Shown: positions 16,927 through 20,000 of the stretch, piece by piece
How the letters are laid out: the number at the start of each line of letters is the position of its first letter
How positions within the stretch are numbered: the first letter of the stretch is position 1
From: an uncultured virus (IMG/VR IMGVR_UViG_3300011258_000941)
Lineage: Duplodnaviria > Heunggongvirae > Uroviricota > Caudoviricetes
IMG/VR virus record: IMGVR_UViG_3300011258_000941
Reading direction: 5' to 3' (one strand)
Length of the DNA: 20,000 nt
Notes under the pieces: generated by a model
What the model saw: only the letters and a program-made list of their open reading frames with translations
Told to the model about the DNA's origin: nothing
Database searches by the model: none
Position numbers and translations under genes: made by a program

Positions 16927-17316
16927 TCACAACCTCGTTTTGGTTTGACTGAACTTTACTGCCGTTCCGCCAACCTCCGAGATAAGTGCTAACAATTCTT
17001 CACCACGCTTGTTAAATCCACGCAATTGTGCGGTTAGGCGTATGTCTTGCTCTTTCTTTTCGTTCTCATTGACATAGGATGGAAGGGTATCAATCATAAC
17101 TTGAAGGCAGTCAGCACAAACAAGAGCCTTAATTGCACTTTCTTTTTGTGCGGTTGTAACAACATTTACTGAATCAGTAGCAAGAAACGCATTATTTCGT
17201 GCTGATTTGTTTACTTGTTCGGTACGAATACTAATGTATTCAGTAATAGTAGCGTCATTTAGACCACGAGGGCGATTTAACAAATCACGAATGTTGTCGT
17301 TTGTAACCGCCATCAT
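16927..17316 (-). CDS. Helical adaptor-like protein (HK97 gp6/SPP1 gp15-like), ~128 aa
   Basis: VTNDNIRDLLN...LNDATITEYISIRTEQVN...KESAIKALVCADCL fits the N-terminal pattern of head-tail adaptors; typical size and position after the MCP; RBS AGGTGA; start 17316 or 17313. Confidence 0.6.
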   Translation of the reverse strand: MMAVTNDNIRDLLNRPRGLNDATITEYISIRTEQVNKSARNNAFLATDSVNVVTTAQKESAIKALVCADCLQVMIDTLPSYVNENEKKEQDIRLTAQLRGFNKRGEELLALISEVGGTAVKFSQTKTRL

Positions 17317-17663
17317 TCTTCACCTAATTCCGATACAGGCCATTTGTCGTTATAATCTTTCGGGACTTCTATAACTTTTGTACCTTTTGGGGCTTTGGGT
17401 GTACGACCAAGAACAAAAACCAATTGTGTTTCTATTATATCACGAGCCATGCGGCTATCGGGCAACCAATAGGTATTTGTGTCGGGAATTAAAGAAAGTG
17501 GACTGTTAGGTTTGCGTGACGCAGGTTTAGCCAAGCGAATAAGCCATCCTTTACAGGATAACCAATGTTTAGCACGATGGCGAAGGTCAGCGAGTTTCGC
17601 TCCTTCGGGTATTTCAATGCTTTTTTTGTTTAATTGCTTGACTAATTTTGCCTTCTCGCTCAT
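17313..17663 (-). CDS. Basic hypothetical protein with an N-terminal HeH/LEM/SAP-like motif, 116 aa
   Basis: KAKLVKQLNKKSIEIPEGAKLADLRHR resembles a helix-extension-helix motif; the ORF tiles exactly between its neighbours. Confidence 0.6.
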   Translation of the reverse strand: MSEKAKLVKQLNKKSIEIPEGAKLADLRHRAKHWLSCKGWLIRLAKPASRKPNSPLSLIPDTNTYWLPDSRMARDIIETQLVFVLGRTPKAPKGTKVIEVPKDYNDKWPVSELGEE

Positions 17664-17665
17664 CT

Positions 17666-17827
17666 TTATTCCTTCTTACTCTTACTCTTACTCTTACTTT
17701 TCTTTGCGGGGGCTTTAGCCTTAGCAGGTGCTTTCGCTTTCTTTACAAGAAGATAGCGAACAACACCTTCGGGTGCATCTGCATCCAAACGGTAAACATC
17801 ACCGTTTTTGTCAGTCCATTCATCCAT
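17666..17827 (-). CDS. Lys/Ala/Pro-rich microprotein, 53 aa; not in ORF track
   Basis: MDEWTDKNGDVYRLDADAPEGVVRYLLVKKAKAPAKAKAPAKKSKSKSKSKKE*; strong RBS GAGGTGA 5 nt upstream; ends 2 nt before the next ATG. Confidence 0.8.
   Translation of the reverse strand: MDEWTDKNGDVYRLDADAPEGVVRYLLVKKAKAPAKAKAPAKKSKSKSKSKKE
17675..17698. repeat. Hexanucleotide tandem repeat (CTTACT)4 encoding (SK)4
   Basis: cttactcttactcttactcttact read directly; in frame within the 53-aa ORF. Confidence 0.9.
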
Positions 17828-17837
17828 TTAATTCACC

Positions 17838-18281
17838 TCAAGCCAAGACGGATTCGGTGTATTCAATGATAATTCGGAATTTACCACCAATAAGTGCGGC
17901 GGTAGCAATTGTACCAAGTACGCTTACTGCGGCGGCTCCGACCTTAAGTGGAATTTCGTTGTGCATATGGGTAGCATTTGCGGTATATGCGGCATTGTCA
18001 AAAGCAGTAGCGGCTTTGAATGCGTCAGTGTTTCCTGTGACACCTAAAGCAATAGTAGCGGAACCAACGGAAGCAGGTGCTTGTAGATTATCGTAAGTCA
18101 CTTTTGTAATAACTGCTGATGCAGGAAGAGTAGCGGCGTTACCGTAGATGTCTGTTAGTGTAACTGCTCCTATTGCTCCACCTTGAACGGTAAAGTCGTA
18201 AAGGAATACAGAATGTTTTTGCGTTGTTACATCGGTTCTGTCGTTTCCGACAAAATCTTGGAATTTGCGGTTTTGAGCCAA
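17838..18281 (-). CDS. Putative capsid decoration/minor head protein (beta-sandwich), 147 aa
   Basis: Directly after the MCP; Ala/Thr/Gly-rich beta pattern YDFTVQGG...LPASAVITKV...ATIALG...GKFRIIIEY; TTG start after a strong GAGGTGA. Confidence 0.6.
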   Translation of the reverse strand: MAQNRKFQDFVGNDRTDVTTQKHSVFLYDFTVQGGAIGAVTLTDIYGNAATLPASAVITKVTYDNLQAPASVGSATIALGVTGNTDAFKAATAFDNAAYTANATHMHNEIPLKVGAAAVSVLGTIATAALIGGKFRIIIEYTESVLA

Positions 18282-18291
18282 TTAACTCACC

Positions 18292-19221
18292 TCAAATAAC
18301 GCCTGTAATCTTAGCAATTCTGTTTGACTTACCGGAAGCCGCACCGTCTTGGTGTTGGTGAACAACACTTCCCATGTAGCCGGTCAAGAGCCAATCAAAG
18401 CCAACACCGGGTAGGCGAGTCAATTCAGTTTCTTGGTAGCCAGCACCGTTGTAGGTAAAGAACTCAGCAGTTTCGGAGCCGGGGATGAGCAAAAGAGCGT
18501 CATCTTGGATTGCTCCGTCAGCCGCACCGTCAAGAAGTTTACCGCCTGTGTAGTCACGAGTGTAGTAAACGCTCATTGAGGCGATTCGCTTCATGTGGTC
18601 GGAAAGGGATTCAACAACATTTCCGTATAGTTGGGTGTTGAGAAGCGCACTTCGGCTTGAAGCAGGAAGGACAAGAGCCATTGGTTCGTCACCGGAGACA
18701 CGACCTTCTGCGAAAATCTTGTCCATAGTAGCCAAAAGGTCAGCCTCTTCATCCGCACCTGCACTACCAAAGGCGGCGGTTGCGGCTTGAGTCTGTCCTG
18801 CTCCTGTGTGTAGAGTGGATAGAATGTTGTTGTCTATAACATCAGCACGACCTCGCACGATTGCGAGTTGTTGTCGGTCAATGTTCTCAAAGGATTCACC
18901 ACGAAGGCGAACAGTGTCAAGGAAGACACAGCGACCTTGACCCTTGTTGAGTTTAACGGTGTAGTTAGCCGTACCAATCTTGGTAGGGTCTACGGTAGCC
19001 GCATCATCCAATGGGTATGAGAAGGTTCCTTGTACTCCTGTGTACCACTTAAATTCAAGCCACGGAACAGTGCGAGTACCAACAAGTTGAGTACCGACTG
19101 CAATACGAGTGGATTGAAGTTGGATAAAGTCACGGAGCGTTTGTTCAAGCACAGCATCGCCGGTTCCAAATGGCCCTGCGGCGGCTGTGGGATTCATAAT
19201 TTCATGCAAAGATTTGTTCAT
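18292..19221 (-). CDS. Major capsid protein, compact HK97-fold (encapsulin/linocin-like size), ~309 aa
   Basis: Position after scaffold and cement genes; E-loop-like segment (EFKWYTG...YTVKLNKGQGR), long spine helix (IDRQQLAIVRGRADVIDNNILSTL), ALVLPASSRSALL, C-terminal RIAKITGV; ATG 19221 after GGAAGTGA. Confidence 0.85.
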   Translation of the reverse strand: MNKSLHEIMNPTAAAGPFGTGDAVLEQTLRDFIQLQSTRIAVGTQLVGTRTVPWLEFKWYTGVQGTFSYPLDDAATVDPTKIGTANYTVKLNKGQGRCVFLDTVRLRGESFENIDRQQLAIVRGRADVIDNNILSTLHTGAGQTQAATAAFGSAGADEEADLLATMDKIFAEGRVSGDEPMALVLPASSRSALLNTQLYGNVVESLSDHMKRIASMSVYYTRDYTGGKLLDGAADGAIQDDALLLIPGSETAEFFTYNGAGYQETELTRLPGVGFDWLLTGYMGSVVHQHQDGAASGKSNRIAKITGVI

Positions 19222-19251
19222 ATTTTTCACTTCCTTTATTTTATTTTTTCA

Positions 19252-19665
19252 TCATGCGGTTGCACACTGAGTAGTGTTTACGGGGATAAGAAGTCCGGCA
19301 GTACCAATAACTTCTCCTTCACCGACATAGACTCCAACAAGTTTATCGGAACCTGCGGTTCCTCCGACTCGTCCTGCTCCCTTAAGGTAAACAAGTTGTC
19401 CTGTGGTGTAAGTTTCAGCAAGGGCGGCAACCATTTGCACACCGCCCATTGGGAAGAATGAAACGGTTGCTCCGGTTGTTTCAAGAACTTGGTCAGCATC
19501 ACGGCTTGACTCTCCGGCTGAAATACCAAGAGGTACATCAGTTGCGGCTCCAAGTTGAACCTTGTTTGCTGTTCCATCCTTTGCGAGAAGAATACCAACA
19601 CCGCTAACGGTGTTTGCGTCTTTCAAAGTTGCGTTTCGTGTATCGTTTCCTGTAAATGCTACCAT
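19252..19665 (-). CDS. Capsid cement/decoration protein (DUF2190-like), 137 aa
   Basis: Between scaffold and MCP; PLGISAGE...MGGVQMVAA...TTGQLVYLKGAGRV...LVGVYVG pattern; RBS AAGGTGA. Confidence 0.7.
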   Translation of the reverse strand: MVAFTGNDTRNATLKDANTVSGVGILLAKDGTANKVQLGAATDVPLGISAGESSRDADQVLETTGATVSFFPMGGVQMVAALAETYTTGQLVYLKGAGRVGGTAGSDKLVGVYVGEGEVIGTAGLLIPVNTTQCATA

Positions 19666-19677
19666 TTTTAATCACCT

Positions 19678-19998
19678 TCAAAGTTCCGTGTATTTAGGAG
19701 CGCGGATTCGCTCATCATTGTTCTCAAGTCCACTAAGGGTCTTGTTCCAAGCGGAGGCCCATGCGTTCCATGCTTGAGAATAAAGTGTTTCGGGAGTTTC
19801 CACCATTTTGCCGTTAAGGTAGTTTGCTACAACCTTTTCGGACACAGGGGAAGGAGTTGGGGTTTCGGAAGCAACCGCAGGTTCGGCAGGCTTCATCTCA
19901 ACCACAGGTTCAGCAGGGTGGGTTGCTTCCCACGATGCAATAAGGGAGGTAAGAGTTTCGGAAGAAAGGTCTTCGTGACCCTTTAGACCAAGAGAGGT
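19678..19998 (-). CDS. C-terminal part of a probable scaffold/prohead protease protein (5' end outside the window)
   Basis: Frame is open from the window edge: TSLGLKGHEDLSSETLTSLIASWEATHPAEPVVEMKP...APKYTEL*. The track's 75-aa ORF is only its tail. Function inferred from position and the Pro/Glu-rich linker. Confidence 0.6.
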   Translation of the reverse strand, partial: TSLGLKGHEDLSSETLTSLIASWEATHPAEPVVEMKPAEPAVASETPTPSPVSEKVVANYLNGKMVETPETLYSQAWNAWASAWNKTLSGLENNDERIRAPKYTEL

Positions 19999-20000
19999 TG

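Larger units (their letters stand above)
1..20000 (-). mobile_element. Virion morphogenesis module of a siphovirus-like tailed virus or provirus, possibly archaeal host
   Basis: Canonical head-neck-tail gene order, one strand, near-zero intergenic space, no cellular genes. Confidence 0.93.

Noticed and set aside
17675..17698. Tandem repeat as a CRISPR or regulatory array
   Set aside because: 6-nt unit without spacers, lying in frame in a coding sequence.
18292..19221. Cellular encapsulin or gene transfer agent interpretation
   Set aside because: The gene sits within a complete head-neck-tail module with large accessory fibres and no cargo or cellular genes; a virus is more parsimonious, though provirus status cannot be judged here.
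207..19986. All plus-strand ORFs in the track (e.g. 6299..6814, 10023..10475, 19030..19461)
   Set aside because: Antisense shadows of a fully tiled minus-strand operon, with no recognisable protein features.
1..20000. tRNA, rRNA, CRISPR array, integrase, reverse transcriptase/DGR repeats, introns or inteins
   Set aside because: No intergenic room (largest gap about 50 nt) and no such motifs seen by eye; a DGR template outside the window cannot be excluded.

Overview
The whole window is one continuous virion-morphogenesis operon on the minus strand of a tailed dsDNA virus or provirus (Caudoviricetes, siphovirus-type long non-contractile tail; no sheath gene seen). In transcription order (20000 to 1): 3' end of a probable scaffold/prohead-protease gene, cement-type decoration protein, compact HK97-fold major capsid protein, second decoration-like protein, Lys-rich microprotein, HeH-like protein, adaptor-like protein, 738-aa mosaic fibre, five small tightly coupled ORFs (including XkdW-like, holin-like and XhlA-like candidates), Mu gp36-like adaptor with an inserted domain, neck protein, tail terminator with an N-terminal extension, tail tube protein, 64-aa protein, tail assembly chaperone G/GT, 1177-aa tape measure protein, and a tail-tip/hub protein of at least 2053 aa that runs off the left edge and is missing from the supplied ORF track. 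RBS motifs centred on GGTGA/GAAGTGA and a TATA-like box suggest, but do not prove, an archaeal host. Highlights: a -1 frameshift heptamer (C CCT TTG) with a branched stem 8 nt downstream; a hairpin that could hide the tape-measure start and be opened by ribosomes ending at the frameshift product's stop; two adaptor-like genes with no recognisable head-closure or Dit gene; and accessory domains grafted onto core neck and tail proteins. All family assignments come from motif recognition by eye and gene order; no searches were run.
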